Positions 20,199-29,685 of a stretch of DNA of 59,077 nucleotides are shown piece after piece. The position numbers and the translations under genes were made by a program. Under the pieces are notes generated by a model, which worked only from the letters and a program-made list of their open reading frames with translations, made no database searches and was not told where the DNA came from. Positions within the stretch are counted from its first letter, which is position 1; each line of letters starts with the position of its first letter. Where the stretch lies: NCBI RefSeq assembly GCF_049969415.1, contig NZ_JBMFOX010000004.1, positions 1 through 59,077 on the forward strand, given 5' to 3'. This DNA comes from Candidatus Hadarchaeum sp. (GTDB lineage Archaea; Hadarchaeota; Hadarchaeia; Hadarchaeales; Hadarchaeaceae).

Positions 20199-20957
20199 AT
20201 GCCGGTGGAAAGAACTTTCATCAAACAGGGGATCAAGCGGGTTCAGCTCGAGACCTTTCTTGAGAATGAGCTTGCGAAAGCCGGATACGGCGGAGTCGAT
20301 ATCAAGAGGGTTCTCACCGGCACTAGGGTCACTATTTACGTGGAGAGGCCGGGAATGGTGATCGGCAAGAAGGGCAAGAGCATCAAGCAGCTGACTGATG
20401 ATTTGGAGCAGAAGTTTGGCTTGGAGAAACCACAGGTAGAGGTGGTGGAGATACCCAAGCCGGAGCTGTCAGGCCCTATCATGGCCAAGCACATCGCCTT
20501 TGCTTTAGAGCGGGGCCTAAGCGTTCGCAGGGTCGGCCAGAGCATGGTGAGAACGATTATGGGTGCTGGGGCTAGAGGTGTGGAAATAGTGATTTCCGGT
20601 AGGATTGCCGGAGAGCGGTCGAAGAGCATGCGGTTTTACGAGGGTTACTTGAGCAAAGCTGGCGAGCCGGCCCAGAAGCTGGTCAGCCGCGGACAGGCGG
20701 TGGCAAAGCTGAAGCCGGGAATAGTTGGAATCAAAGTGAGCATAATGCCGCCGGACGTCCCCTTGCCGGGAGAGATAAAGATTGCGGAGCCCGCGCCAGA
20801 AATGAAGGAAAAGCCAGCCGGTGAAAAGGCCGAGGAGCCTAAGGTAGAGAAGACCTCTGGAGAAGGCGTGGAGGAGCGACCTGCTGGTGAAAAGGTCGAG
20901 GAAACCAAGGACGAGAAGGATAAGGAAGGTGTTAACGATGGCGACGCTCAAGCCTGA
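20199..20957 (+). CDS. rps3: 30S ribosomal protein S3 with charged C-terminal tail
   Basis: RPGMVIGKKG KH motif, GARGVEIVISG, GIKVSIMPP. Confidence 0.97.
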   Translation: MPVERTFIKQGIKRVQLETFLENELAKAGYGGVDIKRVLTGTRVTIYVERPGMVIGKKGKSIKQLTDDLEQKFGLEKPQVEVVEIPKPELSGPIMAKHIAFALERGLSVRRVGQSMVRTIMGAGARGVEIVISGRIAGERSKSMRFYEGYLSKAGEPAQKLVSRGQAVAKLKPGIVGIKVSIMPPDVPLPGEIKIAEPAPEMKEKPAGEKAEEPKVEKTSGEGVEERPAGEKVEETKDEKDKEGVNDGDAQA

Positions 20958-21147
20958 GGAAATAAGGTCGATGAGTCCCGACGAGATGCTGCAGAAGCTG
21001 AGAGAGCTACGGTCAGAACTGGCCCGGGCCAAGGCCACGGCAGCCGCGGGGGGCTCGCTGGAGAATCCGGCGAAAATCCGGGAACTCAAGCGGGCAATCG
21101 CCAGAATCCTTACCATTATAAGGGAAAAACAGCGAGGAGGTGGATGA
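20938..21147 (+). CDS. rpl29: 50S ribosomal protein L29
   Basis: ATG 20938; ENPAKIRELKRAIARILT. Confidence 0.95.
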   Translation: MATLKPEEIRSMSPDEMLQKLRELRSELARAKATAAAGGSLENPAKIRELKRAIARILTIIREKQRGGG

Positions 21148-21150
21148 GCA

Positions 21151-21459
21151 CTGCAAGAGATCTGTAAGGTTTGTGGTCTGCCCAAGGAACTCTGCGTCTG
21201 CGAGGAGATAGCCCGAGAGCAGCAACGGATAAACGTATATGTTATCAAGCGAAAGTTCGGCAAGGTCGTGACGGTCATAGAGGGCCTCGATGAGAAGCAG
21301 GTCAGCATCAAGGACCTGACCAAGAAACTGAAATCAGAGCTTGCCTGCGGTGGAACTTGGAAGGATGGACGCATAGAGTTGCAGGGGCACCATGAACAAC
21401 GGGTAAAGGAAGTGCTCGTGAGTCTTGGGTTCACTCCTGAGATGATAAACATGAGATAG
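21151..21459 (+). CDS. sui1: Translation initiation factor aIF1/SUI1, probable CTG start
   Basis: Frame open from the rpl29 stop: (L)QEICKVCGLPKELCVCEEIAREQQ...LKSELACGGT...IELQG; no in-frame ATG/GTG/TTG precedes the Zn-knuckle; SD GGAGGTG at 21136-21142. Confidence 0.9.
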   Translation: MQEICKVCGLPKELCVCEEIAREQQRINVYVIKRKFGKVVTVIEGLDEKQVSIKDLTKKLKSELACGGTWKDGRIELQGHHEQRVKEVLVSLGFTPEMINMR

Positions 21460-21467
21460 GTGGCGTT

Positions 21468-21740
21468 ATGCCGTTAACCAAAAGGAACATCTTGCGGCAC
21501 GAGCTTATTGGGCTCGAGGCACAGGTCGTGAGTAGCTCCGATCCTACTCTTTTGGGCGTCTACGGCAAGATTTTGGACGAAACGCGAGACATGCTGGTGA
21601 TTGAGCATATGTCAGCCGCGAAGATTGTTCCCAAGTCAGGTTCATCTTTCGAGATAAAGCTCCCCGACGGGCAGGCCGTGATCATCGAGGGCGAGAAACT
21701 GGTTGGCCGGCCCGAGGAAAGGGTCAAGCGGAAGAGGTGA
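21468..21740 (+). CDS. rnp1: RNase P protein component 1 (Rpp29/Pop4)
   Basis: HELIGL, G.I.DET, RPEER; conserved position. Confidence 0.92.
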   Translation: MPLTKRNILRHELIGLEAQVVSSSDPTLLGVYGKILDETRDMLVIEHMSAAKIVPKSGSSFEIKLPDGQAVIIEGEKLVGRPEERVKRKR

Positions 21741-22060
21741 TGGTGATGATTGGGATGGGAATTGAGCCGCCTAAGGAGAAATGTTCAGACCCCAAGTGTC
21801 CTTTCCACGGCAATCTTTCGGTTCGGGGAAAGGCGCTGGAGGGCGTTGTCGTCAGCGATAAAATGGCACGGACGGTAACGGTCGAGCTTGAGCGCATGCG
21901 CTGGATTGCCAAGTATGAGCGATATGAACGGAGGACCTCAAAATATCATGCCCACAACCCACCCTGCATCTCGGCGAAGACGGGAGATAGAGTAAAAATA
22001 ATGGAGTGCCGAAGGCTGAGTAAAACGAAGGCCTTCGTGGTCGTTCAGAAATTAGGGTGA
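21737..22060 (+). CDS. rps17: 30S ribosomal protein S17 (start may be a few codons later)
   Basis: [26 protein letters not shown]. Confidence 0.95.
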   Translation: MMVMIGMGIEPPKEKCSDPKCPFHGNLSVRGKALEGVVVSDKMARTVTVELERMRWIAKYERYERRTSKYHAHNPPCISAKTGDRVKIMECRRLSKTKAFVVVQKLG

Positions 22061-22064
22061 TGGA

Positions 22065-22490
22065 ATGGGAAAGAAAGGTGCTGGCACATCCATAGGTGTG
22101 AGCGCGGTTACCCCCGTGCGCGTGCTTCCGGTTGGTGCGAGGCTGGTAGTCACTGACAATACCGGAGCCCGGGAGATCCAGATAATAAACGTCATGGGAT
22201 ATAAAGGGCGGCACAGGGCGATGGGCAAGGCCGGCGTGGGCGACAGAGTAGTGGCTTCGGTGAAAAAGGGAACACCTGAACTCAGAAAGCAGCTTGTCCA
22301 GGCAGTGGTGGTGCGACAGCGAAAGGAGTACCGTCGCCTTGATGGCATGCGCGTGATGTTTGAGGATAATGCTGCGGTCCTGATAACCCCTGAGGCAGCG
22401 CCTCGAGGGTCGGAAATCAAAGGACCGATTGCGCGAGAGGCGGCCGAAAGGTGGCCCAAAGTGGCAGGTATAGCTTCAATCGTGGTGTGA
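22065..22490 (+). CDS. rpl14: 50S ribosomal protein L14
   Basis: [24 protein letters not shown]. Confidence 0.97.
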   Translation: MGKKGAGTSIGVSAVTPVRVLPVGARLVVTDNTGAREIQIINVMGYKGRHRAMGKAGVGDRVVASVKKGTPELRKQLVQAVVVRQRKEYRRLDGMRVMFEDNAAVLITPEAAPRGSEIKGPIAREAAERWPKVAGIASIVV

Positions 22491-22493
22491 ACT

Positions 22494-22856
22494 ATGGTTT
22501 CCAGTCAGCCGAGAAAGCAGCGGGCTAGGCTTTATTCACTGCCTCTTCACCGGAGGAACAAGTTGATGGCAGCTAGGCTCAGCAAGGAGTTGCGTGAGAA
22601 ATATAAAGTGCGGTCGCTCCCGGTGAGAAAGGGCGACCGTGTGAAAATTTTGCGGGGTGATTTCAAGAAACTGGAAGGCGAAGTTTTAGAGGTGAACACC
22701 AAAGACTTGACAATCACCGTCCAAGGAGCCAGTATCACCAAGAGCGACGGGTCTCAGGTTAACCGACCGATACGTCCAGCCGACGTTATGTTGTTAAAGC
22801 TAGTCGAGGATAAGGAACGGTTAGGTAGAGTAGAGGGGAGGTCAGAGAGTGGCTAA
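22494..22856 (+). CDS. rpl24: 50S ribosomal protein L24
   Basis: SSQPRKQR, VRKGDRV.I.RG KOW motif. Confidence 0.95.
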   Translation: MVSSQPRKQRARLYSLPLHRRNKLMAARLSKELREKYKVRSLPVRKGDRVKILRGDFKKLEGEVLEVNTKDLTITVQGASITKSDGSQVNRPIRPADVMLLKLVEDKERLGRVEGRSESG

Positions 22857-23577
22857 GAAGGGCAGCAGCAGGCACTTGAAGCGTTATGCAGCACCGCGGA
22901 CATTGAAGTTGCCGCGTAAGTCGGCGGTCTGGACAATGAAGCCGGCTCCAGGGCCGCACCCTGCTGACAGGGCAATACCACTTCGAGTTTTGTTGCGGGA
23001 TTATCTTGCTGTAGCTAGAACCGCGCGCGAGGCCGATGGAGCAATTAGCCGAGGAGAGGTCCTTGTCGACGGAAAAGTCAGGCGCGCGTCTGGTTTTCCG
23101 GTCGGTTTTATGGATGTGGTTCACTTACCGGCACTTGACGCGTGCTACAGAATTCTTCTCGATCATCTAGGCAGATTAATTCCCGTGAAAATTGTCCCCT
23201 CCGAGGCCTCGTTTAAACTTTGCAAAATCATCCGAAAGCAATACGTGAAGGGTAAAAAGATACAACTCACCTTTCATGATGGCAGAAATGTTGTCGGGGA
23301 TTTCTTAGATTATAAAATCGGCGACGTGGTGAAAATATCGTTGCCGGAGCAAAAGGTTCTAGAAAGGCTACCCTTCAAGGTAGGAAGCATCGCGATGGTC
23401 ACAGGTGGCAGCAACGTTAGCAAGGTCGGCAAGATTGCTGAGATAAAGACGATTTTCGGACCTCAGCCCAATATAGTTACCCTAGAAAACGACGGCGTGA
23501 CTTTTCAAGCACCTGAGCACTACATTTTTGTCTTGGGCAGGGAAAAGCCAGCCATTAGCTTGTCGGTGAGTGGATGA
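22849..23577 (+). CDS. rps4e: 30S ribosomal protein S4e
   Basis: HLKRYAAP, PGPH, VDGKVR...FPVGFMDV, HDGRN. Confidence 0.95.
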   Translation: MAKKGSSRHLKRYAAPRTLKLPRKSAVWTMKPAPGPHPADRAIPLRVLLRDYLAVARTAREADGAISRGEVLVDGKVRRASGFPVGFMDVVHLPALDACYRILLDHLGRLIPVKIVPSEASFKLCKIIRKQYVKGKKIQLTFHDGRNVVGDFLDYKIGDVVKISLPEQKVLERLPFKVGSIAMVTGGSNVSKVGKIAEIKTIFGPQPNIVTLENDGVTFQAPEHYIFVLGREKPAISLSVSG

Positions 23578-24083
23578 ACCCAATGCGAGAGATTAGGGTC
23601 GAAAAGGTAGTGTTGAACATCGGCGTCGGTGAAGGTGGCGATAGGCTAGCCAAGGCGGAGAGGGTGATGGAAATGATCGCGGGTCAGAAGCCGACGAGGA
23701 CCTATGCTAGAAAGTCCGTCCGTGATTGGAGGGTGAAGAAGGGGGAACCCATAGGTTGTAAGGTTACCCTGCGCGGAGATAGAGCCATCGGGGTTTTGAA
23801 AAAGCTCCTTGAGGCGGTTGATAACAAGCTCAAGGCAACTTCTTTCGATGATAATGGTAACGTTTCATTTGGCATTAAGGAGCACATTGATATCCCAGGA
23901 ATTTCCTACGATCCGGAGATTGGCATGTTCGGCATGGATGTTTCAGTAGTACTGGAAAGGCCGGGATATCGAATAAAGAGGCGAAGTTTGCTGAGGAGAC
24001 CTGTCCCTAAAGAACACTGTATTACCAGAGAGGAAGCGATAAATTTTATGACTACCAATTTTGGAATTGAGGTGTTACAATGA
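23574..24083 (+). CDS. rpl5: 50S ribosomal protein L5
   Basis: [29 protein letters not shown]. Confidence 0.97.
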   Translation: MNPMREIRVEKVVLNIGVGEGGDRLAKAERVMEMIAGQKPTRTYARKSVRDWRVKKGEPIGCKVTLRGDRAIGVLKKLLEAVDNKLKATSFDDNGNVSFGIKEHIDIPGISYDPEIGMFGMDVSVVLERPGYRIKRRSLLRRPVPKEHCITREEAINFMTTNFGIEVLQ

Positions 24084-24226
24084 CGAAAAAGAAATTTGGA
24101 AAAGGGGCCCACCGGTGTATGCACTGTGGCAGCTACGGCCATGTCTATCAGCAACACGGGTTGAGGCTCTGCCGCCGCTGCTTTAGGGAGCTGGCACCCA
24201 AATTGGGTTTTACCAAATACAGCTGA
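24080..24226 (+). CDS. rps14: 30S ribosomal protein S14, Zn-binding type (48 aa; not in ORF track)
   Basis: Hand translation [17 protein letters not shown]...[19 protein letters not shown]. Confidence 0.95.
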   Translation: MTKKKFGKGAHRCMHCGSYGHVYQQHGLRLCRRCFRELAPKLGFTKYS

Positions 24227-24235
24227 GGCATTGCC

Positions 24236-24625
24236 ATGTTACTGGATCCATTAGCGAATGCGCTTTCAAAGATCGACAATTACGAGCGGGCCAGAAAGAA
24301 GGAGGTCATCATCGACCCAGCCTCGAAACTAATCCGGGAGGTCTTTCAGGTAATGCAGGATGAGGGTTACATCGGGGCATTTGAGTTCATCGATGATGGT
24401 AAGTCGGGGAAGTTCCGAGTGGAGCTTAAGGGAAAGATTAACAGATGTGGAGCGATAAAGCCAAGGTTTGCCGTAAAAGTGAATGAGTACGAGAAGTGGG
24501 AAAAACGCTATCTTTTGGCATCCGGATTTGGCTTGCTTATTGTCTCAACTTCGAAAGGGATTATGGCCCACACCAAAGCGAAGGAGCTTGGTTTGGGCGG
24601 AAGGCTACTCGCCTACGTTTATTGA
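24236..24625 (+). CDS. rps8: 30S ribosomal protein S8
   Basis: [28 protein letters not shown]. Confidence 0.97.
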   Translation: MLLDPLANALSKIDNYERARKKEVIIDPASKLIREVFQVMQDEGYIGAFEFIDDGKSGKFRVELKGKINRCGAIKPRFAVKVNEYEKWEKRYLLASGFGLLIVSTSKGIMAHTKAKELGLGGRLLAYVY

Positions 24626-24694
24626 TCCCACGAGGTTAACCTCACGCTTTTAATAGTGAAAAACGGAGAGTAGACGGGACAAAAAGGTTGGAGC

Positions 24695-25225
24695 ATGTCG
24701 CGAATAATGCAAGAGAAAATAGAAGTACCTGATGGTGTGGAAGCCAAGGTCGAGGGCAAGCGAGTCGAGGTTAGTGGAAAAAAGGGAAAGCTCTCGAGAG
24801 AGTTTGATTTGCCCGGGTTGGGGATAAAGGCCGATGGTCGCGTCATCACCTTGGAGATAGCTTCGCCGCGTCGTAGAAACAGGGCCGCGCTCGGTGCCGT
24901 GAGAGCCCATCTGCTGAACATGATAAAGGGAGTCACCGAGGGTTTTGTTTACAAACTTCGCACAGTATACTCTCATTTTCCAATAACCGTGAAGGTTGAG
25001 GGAAAACGTGTGATGATACACAACTTTTTGGGCGAGAGGTCTCCGCGGGTTGCCGAGATAGTTGGTGATGTTGCGGTAGAAGTAAAAGGTGACGAAATTA
25101 TTGTTAGCGGGATCAACAAAGAAGAAGTGGGACAAACTGCTTTTAACATCGAACAGGCAACTTCTGTAAAGTACCGTGATCGAAGAATTTTCCAAGACGG
25201 ATGTTACATAGCGGAAAGGTCGTGA
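24695..25225 (+). CDS. rpl6: 50S ribosomal protein L6
   Basis: NMIKGVTEGF, YSHFPI, NFLGER, FQDG.YI. Confidence 0.97.
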   Translation: MSRIMQEKIEVPDGVEAKVEGKRVEVSGKKGKLSREFDLPGLGIKADGRVITLEIASPRRRNRAALGAVRAHLLNMIKGVTEGFVYKLRTVYSHFPITVKVEGKRVMIHNFLGERSPRVAEIVGDVAVEVKGDEIIVSGINKEEVGQTAFNIEQATSVKYRDRRIFQDGCYIAERS

Positions 25226-25229
25226 TTGA

Positions 25230-25613
25230 ATGGAAAAAAGACGCTTGCCAAAGTTCAGACGCCAAGAATGGTTCCGGTTCAAGAGACTGGGGGAGAAGTG
25301 GCGTAAGCCTAGGGGCCGAGACAGCAAGCTTCGTCTTAGGATAAAAGGCAAGGGCAGCTTAGTTACTATAGGCTACCGGAATCCCAAGAGCCTCAGGGGT
25401 CTTCATCCCTCCGGTGTTGCCGAGGTCTTGGTGAAGAGCTTATCTGATCTGGATAAGATAGATGCCACGAAACAGGCGATTAGAATTGCTGCAAGCGTGG
25501 GAGGGAGAAAGAGGGAGCAGATTTTGAAAAGGGCGGAAGAGCTAAAGATAAGGGTGTTAAATCCGGGGGTAAGTAAGAATGAAGCTGGACGCGAAGAAAA
25601 GACTGGCAGCTGA
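25230..25613 (+). CDS. rpl32e: 50S ribosomal protein L32e
   Basis: F.RQ, WRKPRG.DSK, RGLHPSG. Confidence 0.95.
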   Translation: MEKRRLPKFRRQEWFRFKRLGEKWRKPRGRDSKLRLRIKGKGSLVTIGYRNPKSLRGLHPSGVAEVLVKSLSDLDKIDATKQAIRIAASVGGRKREQILKRAEELKIRVLNPGVSKNEAGREEKTGS

Positions 25614-26025
25614 GATTCTTAAGGTTGGCGTGAACAGGGTCTGGATAGACCCTAGCCGCATTACGGACGTTTCCGCTGCTATTACCCGTGAGGATATTAA
25701 ACGACTTATTAAACAAGGCGCCATCAGAGCGAAGCCTGAAGCCGGAATTAGCCGTGGCAGGTTGAGAGTGCGGAAGGTAAAGCGAAAGGCAGGAAGACGG
25801 GGAGGAATGGGGTCGCGGAAGGGGGCTCGCGGTGCAAGGTCACCCAGAAAGGCCAACTGGATAAAGACGGTTCGGCCGTTGCGGGCTAGACTGAAAGAGT
25901 TGAGAAAAGAGGGCGTGATTGACCAGAGGCAGTATCGAAAGCTGTACCTGATGGTAAAAGGCGGCTCATTCCGGAGTAAAGCTCATTTGAATCTTTATCT
26001 CAAGGAAAAAGGAATTCTGAAGTGA
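25579..26025 (+). CDS. rpl19e: 50S ribosomal protein L19e
   Basis: KRLAA.ILKVG.NRVWIDP, AITREDI, GSRKG. Confidence 0.95.
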   Translation: MKLDAKKRLAAEILKVGVNRVWIDPSRITDVSAAITREDIKRLIKQGAIRAKPEAGISRGRLRVRKVKRKAGRRGGMGSRKGARGARSPRKANWIKTVRPLRARLKELRKEGVIDQRQYRKLYLMVKGGSFRSKAHLNLYLKEKGILK

Positions 26026-26627
26026 TTGAAATGAAAGCATCCGGACCTCGGTTCAAGGTTGAATTCAGGCGAAAAAGAGAAGGTAGGACCGATTATCGAT
26101 ACAGGCTCAAGTTATTAAGGTCCAGAATGCCGAGGCTGGTTGTCAGAGTTTCGTTGAAGCACGTTTCTGCCCAGTTGGTGAAATTTTCCCCCCAGGGGGA
26201 TCAAGTGTTAGTTTCAGCCCATTCAAAACAGCTGGAGAATTTTGGCTGGAAGGACGGAACTTCCAATCTGCCTGCCGCTTATCTGGTTGGTTTACTTTGT
26301 GGATACCGCGCCTTAAAGGCAGGTGTGAAAGAGGCAGTGTTGGACATCGGCATGAGACGCCCCACCAAGGGCGCTAAGGTCTTTGCCGTGTTGCGGGGGG
26401 CCCTAGATGCCGGCCTGCAAATACCGCACCAAGAAGAGGTATTGCCGTCAGAGGAGAGGATAAGTGGCGCAGACATATCTAAATATGCTGAGAAGCTGAA
26501 AAAGGAGGACGAAAGAGCATATATGTCGCGGTTCTCTAGTTATTTATCACGGGGACTGATTCCCGAGCAGATACCGGATCATTTTAATTCGGTGAAACAG
26601 GAGGTTATCAGGCAGTTCGGTGGTTGA
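26022..26627 (+). CDS. rpl18: 50S ribosomal protein L18
   Basis: RRKREGRTDY..R, NLPAAYL.G, GALDAGL..PH. Confidence 0.95.
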   Translation: MIEMKASGPRFKVEFRRKREGRTDYRYRLKLLRSRMPRLVVRVSLKHVSAQLVKFSPQGDQVLVSAHSKQLENFGWKDGTSNLPAAYLVGLLCGYRALKAGVKEAVLDIGMRRPTKGAKVFAVLRGALDAGLQIPHQEEVLPSEERISGADISKYAEKLKKEDERAYMSRFSSYLSRGLIPEQIPDHFNSVKQEVIRQFGG

Positions 26628-27303
26628 AATGATGAGGCAGCGAGAGGCTTTTGACATTGAGCGGTGGCAGCCGCGCACCAGCTTGGGGCGATTGGTTAAG
26701 GAGGGCAAGATCACCGACATCTCCCAGATCCTGAGAGCCGGAAAGCCGATCAAGGAAAGCGAAATCGTCGACGCCTTGGTTCCGAGCATTCAGGAGGACA
26801 TCCTTGAGGTCACTCTGGTTCAAAGGATGCACAAGTCGGGGCGCCGGGTAAAGTATCGCGTGGTGGCCGTGGTCGGCAACAAGGATGGCGTCGTGGGTGT
26901 TGGTCATGCCAGCGCCAGGGACATAGGTTCTTCCATTAAAAAAGCCGTTAAGGTGGCCAAGTTGAACGTGATCGAGGTGGCCCGAGGCTGTGGCAGTTGG
27001 GAGTGTGGTTGTGGGCGAAGCCACTCGGTTCCCTTTGAAGTTTCCGGAAAGAGCGGCAGCGTCAAGGTCTTTATAAAGCCAGCCCCCCGCGGTCTCGGTC
27101 TGGCTTCGGCAGAGATCCCGAAGACCATACTTCGCATGGCAGGGATACAGGACGCTTGGACAAGAACCGAAGGTGAGACGCGCACGACGCTCAATTTCTC
27201 GATGGCGGTGATGAATGCGCTGAAGCAAACGACCAAGGTGGTCATGAGTGACCGATACCGGGAGCGCGTGGCTCTTGGCAAGACAGGTGTTGTAAGTGGC
27301 TAA
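26620..27303 (+). CDS. rps5: 30S ribosomal protein S5
   Basis: W.P.T.LGRLV, RGCGSWEC, PAPRGLGL. Confidence 0.97.
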   Translation: MVEMMRQREAFDIERWQPRTSLGRLVKEGKITDISQILRAGKPIKESEIVDALVPSIQEDILEVTLVQRMHKSGRRVKYRVVAVVGNKDGVVGVGHASARDIGSSIKKAVKVAKLNVIEVARGCGSWECGCGRSHSVPFEVSGKSGSVKVFIKPAPRGLGLASAEIPKTILRMAGIQDAWTRTEGETRTTLNFSMAVMNALKQTTKVVMSDRYRERVALGKTGVVSG

Positions 27304-27760
27304 GCTTGCGGTGATTAAAATCCGGAGCGATATTAACGCTAGGCAGGATGTTAAAAACACGCTGAGGATGCTAGGTTTAACACGGATTAATCATTGCGTA
27401 CTGGTTGATGATAGTGATTCTGTTCTAGGGATGCTCCAGAAGGTTAAGGATTATGTTACTTGGGGTGAGATAAGTTCCGATGTTTTAAAACGGCTCTTGG
27501 CGAAGCGCGGTAGGCTGGTTGGCGACAAGAAGCTTACTGATGAGATTGTCAAGGACCGGTTAAATTTCCCGAGTTTGGCAGAGCTGGCGGCGGCCGTTGA
27601 AAATGAAGAAGTGAAATTGGAGGAAATCGGTGTCAAAAAGGTCTTCAGGCTTCATCCGCCGTCCAAGGGCTACAAATCAATCAAACGTTCGGTGAGGGAT
27701 CTGGGTGATCTGGGCTATCGTGGTGAAAAAATAAATGATTTGCTCCTGAGGATGATATGA
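27296..27760 (+). CDS. rpl30: 50S ribosomal protein L30 (uL30)
   Basis: GMLQKVKDYVTWGE, FRLHPP..G, IN.LL.RM. Confidence 0.95.
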   Translation: MAKLAVIKIRSDINARQDVKNTLRMLGLTRINHCVLVDDSDSVLGMLQKVKDYVTWGEISSDVLKRLLAKRGRLVGDKKLTDEIVKDRLNFPSLAELAAAVENEEVKLEEIGVKKVFRLHPPSKGYKSIKRSVRDLGDLGYRGEKINDLLLRMI

Positions 27761-27769
27761 GGGATTTCT

Positions 27770-28210
27770 ATGACCATTCGCCGGGGGAAAAAGGTGAGAA
27801 AACAGCGGGGACGGCGCACCTACGGCAGGGGCTGCTCCAAGCGAGGAAGGGGTAGCGGAGAGCGCGGCGGTACCGGGATGAGCGGTGGGCACAAGCACAA
27901 GTGGTCATACATCATTAGGTATATGCCGGACTACTTCGGCAAACATGGTTTCACGCGGCCGGATGATGTCCGTCGCGGTTTGACGGTTATAAACGTTGGT
28001 GAAATCGACGAGAATTTAGAGAAGTTTGTTAAAATGGGCGTGGCCAGGCAGGCGGGGGAGAAGTTCGTTGTTGATTTGAATAAGCTTGGGGTTGACAGAG
28101 TCCTGGGCGGCGGTCGGGTTACCCACCAGCTTGAAGTCACGGCGAAATCGTTTGTGGATTCGGCCAAGCGTAAGCTAGAGGAAGCGGGTGGCAGGGCTAT
28201 CGCTGGGTGA
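27770..28210 (+). CDS. rpl15: 50S ribosomal protein L15
   Basis: RG.RTYG.G, RG.G.RGG.G, FGKHGF, KLEEAGG. Confidence 0.95.
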   Translation: MTIRRGKKVRKQRGRRTYGRGCSKRGRGSGERGGTGMSGGHKHKWSYIIRYMPDYFGKHGFTRPDDVRRGLTVINVGEIDENLEKFVKMGVARQAGEKFVVDLNKLGVDRVLGGGRVTHQLEVTAKSFVDSAKRKLEEAGGRAIAG

Positions 28211-29685
28211 AGGCGATGGACGGGGAAACTGGGCAGAAGCCGCGCTCGAAACTCTACGTGCTGGATTCGATTGTCCGTCATCTTCCCGAGGTCGCCGTTC
28301 CCAAAAGGAGGGTGCCATTTAAGGAGAGGTTTATCTGGACCGGCATAGCACTGATCGTCTTCTTTTTGATGTCCCAGATCCCCCTCTATGGTATAGCCCA
28401 GCGGGAGCCGTTTGTGGACACTAACGGCAACGGGGCTTTTGATTTCATCGATAGCAACGGTAACGGGGTGATGGATCCCGGTGAAGTCGCCTTGGAGCCT
28501 TTTACGGATCTGAACGGGAACGGGGTTTGGGACGCCGGGGCGCAAAACTTCTTTGGCCAGCTCAGGTATGTTTTGGCAAGCCACGCGGGTAGCTTGATGG
28601 AGCTAGGAATCGGTCCGATTGTTACCGCAGGGATAGTCATGCAGCTTTTAGTGGGCAGCAAGATAGTTGGTCTGGATTTGTCTAAAAGTGATGACCGTGC
28701 CCTCTTTACTGGAGTTCAGAAATTTTTGGCAATAATTATGGCTATATTTGAGGGGGCCATGCTGGTGCTGGCCGGAAATTACGGTAAGAGTGTAGGGTTG
28801 CTGAGCCCGGCGGGAATTTTGCTTGTGATACAGCTCACGCTGGGAGCCATCGTGGTGATTTATCTTGATGAAGTGGTCTCAAAATACGGCTTTGGCAGCG
28901 GGGTTAGCCTGTTTATTGCAGGCGGCGTTGCCATGACCGTGGTCTGGGAGGCCCTAAATCCAGTCACTGGAGTTGTCCCGAATTTGATAGGCACAGCGCT
29001 TGGCAATGGTGATGTCATCGCCGAGTTCTTCAGGCCTCACCTACCTAACATGATGGGACTGATCGCGACGGTGCTCATCTTTTTAATAGTGGTCTATGCC
29101 GAAAGCATGAGGATAGAAATCCCGTTGGCCTATGGCAGGTTTGGTGGGGTCAGGGGACGCTACCCAATAAGGTTCCTCTACACCTCAAATATTCCGGTCA
29201 TCTTGGCCATGACGGTTTTCGCCAACCTGAAGATATTTGCCGCTCTTCTTCATGCGCCTTGGATTTCTTACTACACGGACGCTCCGAACGGTTTAGCTCA
29301 GGTAGCCGCCGATCCTCTTCGCGCCGTCATTTACATATTAATCTTAGTCCTCGCTAGTATGGGATTCGCTTATCTCTGGGTGCACATGACTGGGATGGGA
29401 CCGGGCGATGTGGCCAGACAGCTGGACAAGTCCGGCATGTTGATTCCCGGTTTTCGGCGTGACGTAAGGGTCATGGAATGGGTGCTGAGCCGTTATATCA
29501 TGACCGCAGCGCTGCTCGGTGGTGCCTTCGTCGGATTTCTTTCGGCTGGGGCGGACTTCCTAGGTGCTCTGGGCAGCGGGACCGGTATCCTCTTGACGGT
29601 TGGCATAATGTACAGCCTGTACCAGGAGATAGCCAAAGAGCAGGTCGCGGAGATGTTCCCGGCCGTCAGGAGGTTCTTCGAGTAA
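28207..29685 (+). CDS. secY: Preprotein translocase SecY with a DxNGNG-repeat insertion
   Basis: SLMELGIGPIVTA, GSGVSLFI, YPIRFLYTSNIP, IPGFR, GTGILLTV. Confidence 0.97.
   Translation: MKAMDGETGQKPRSKLYVLDSIVRHLPEVAVPKRRVPFKERFIWTGIALIVFFLMSQIPLYGIAQREPFVDTNGNGAFDFIDSNGNGVMDPGEVALEPFTDLNGNGVWDAGAQNFFGQLRYVLASHAGSLMELGIGPIVTAGIVMQLLVGSKIVGLDLSKSDDRALFTGVQKFLAIIMAIFEGAMLVLAGNYGKSVGLLSPAGILLVIQLTLGAIVVIYLDEVVSKYGFGSGVSLFIAGGVAMTVVWEALNPVTGVVPNLIGTALGNGDVIAEFFRPHLPNMMGLIATVLIFLIVVYAESMRIEIPLAYGRFGGVRGRYPIRFLYTSNIPVILAMTVFANLKIFAALLHAPWISYYTDAPNGLAQVAADPLRAVIYILILVLASMGFAYLWVHMTGMGPGDVARQLDKSGMLIPGFRRDVRVMEWVLSRYIMTAALLGGAFVGFLSAGADFLGALGSGTGILLTVGIMYSLYQEIAKEQVAEMFPAVRRFFE

Noticed and set aside
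21145-21147. Selenocysteine or readthrough L29-aIF1 fusion at the in-frame TGA
   Set aside because: L29 ends at its normal length, I see no SECIS-like element, and a well-spaced SD favours independent initiation; kept only as an alternative.
21268-21459. 63-aa SUI1 as given in the ORF track
   Set aside because: It omits the conserved Zn-knuckle N-terminus that is in frame upstream.
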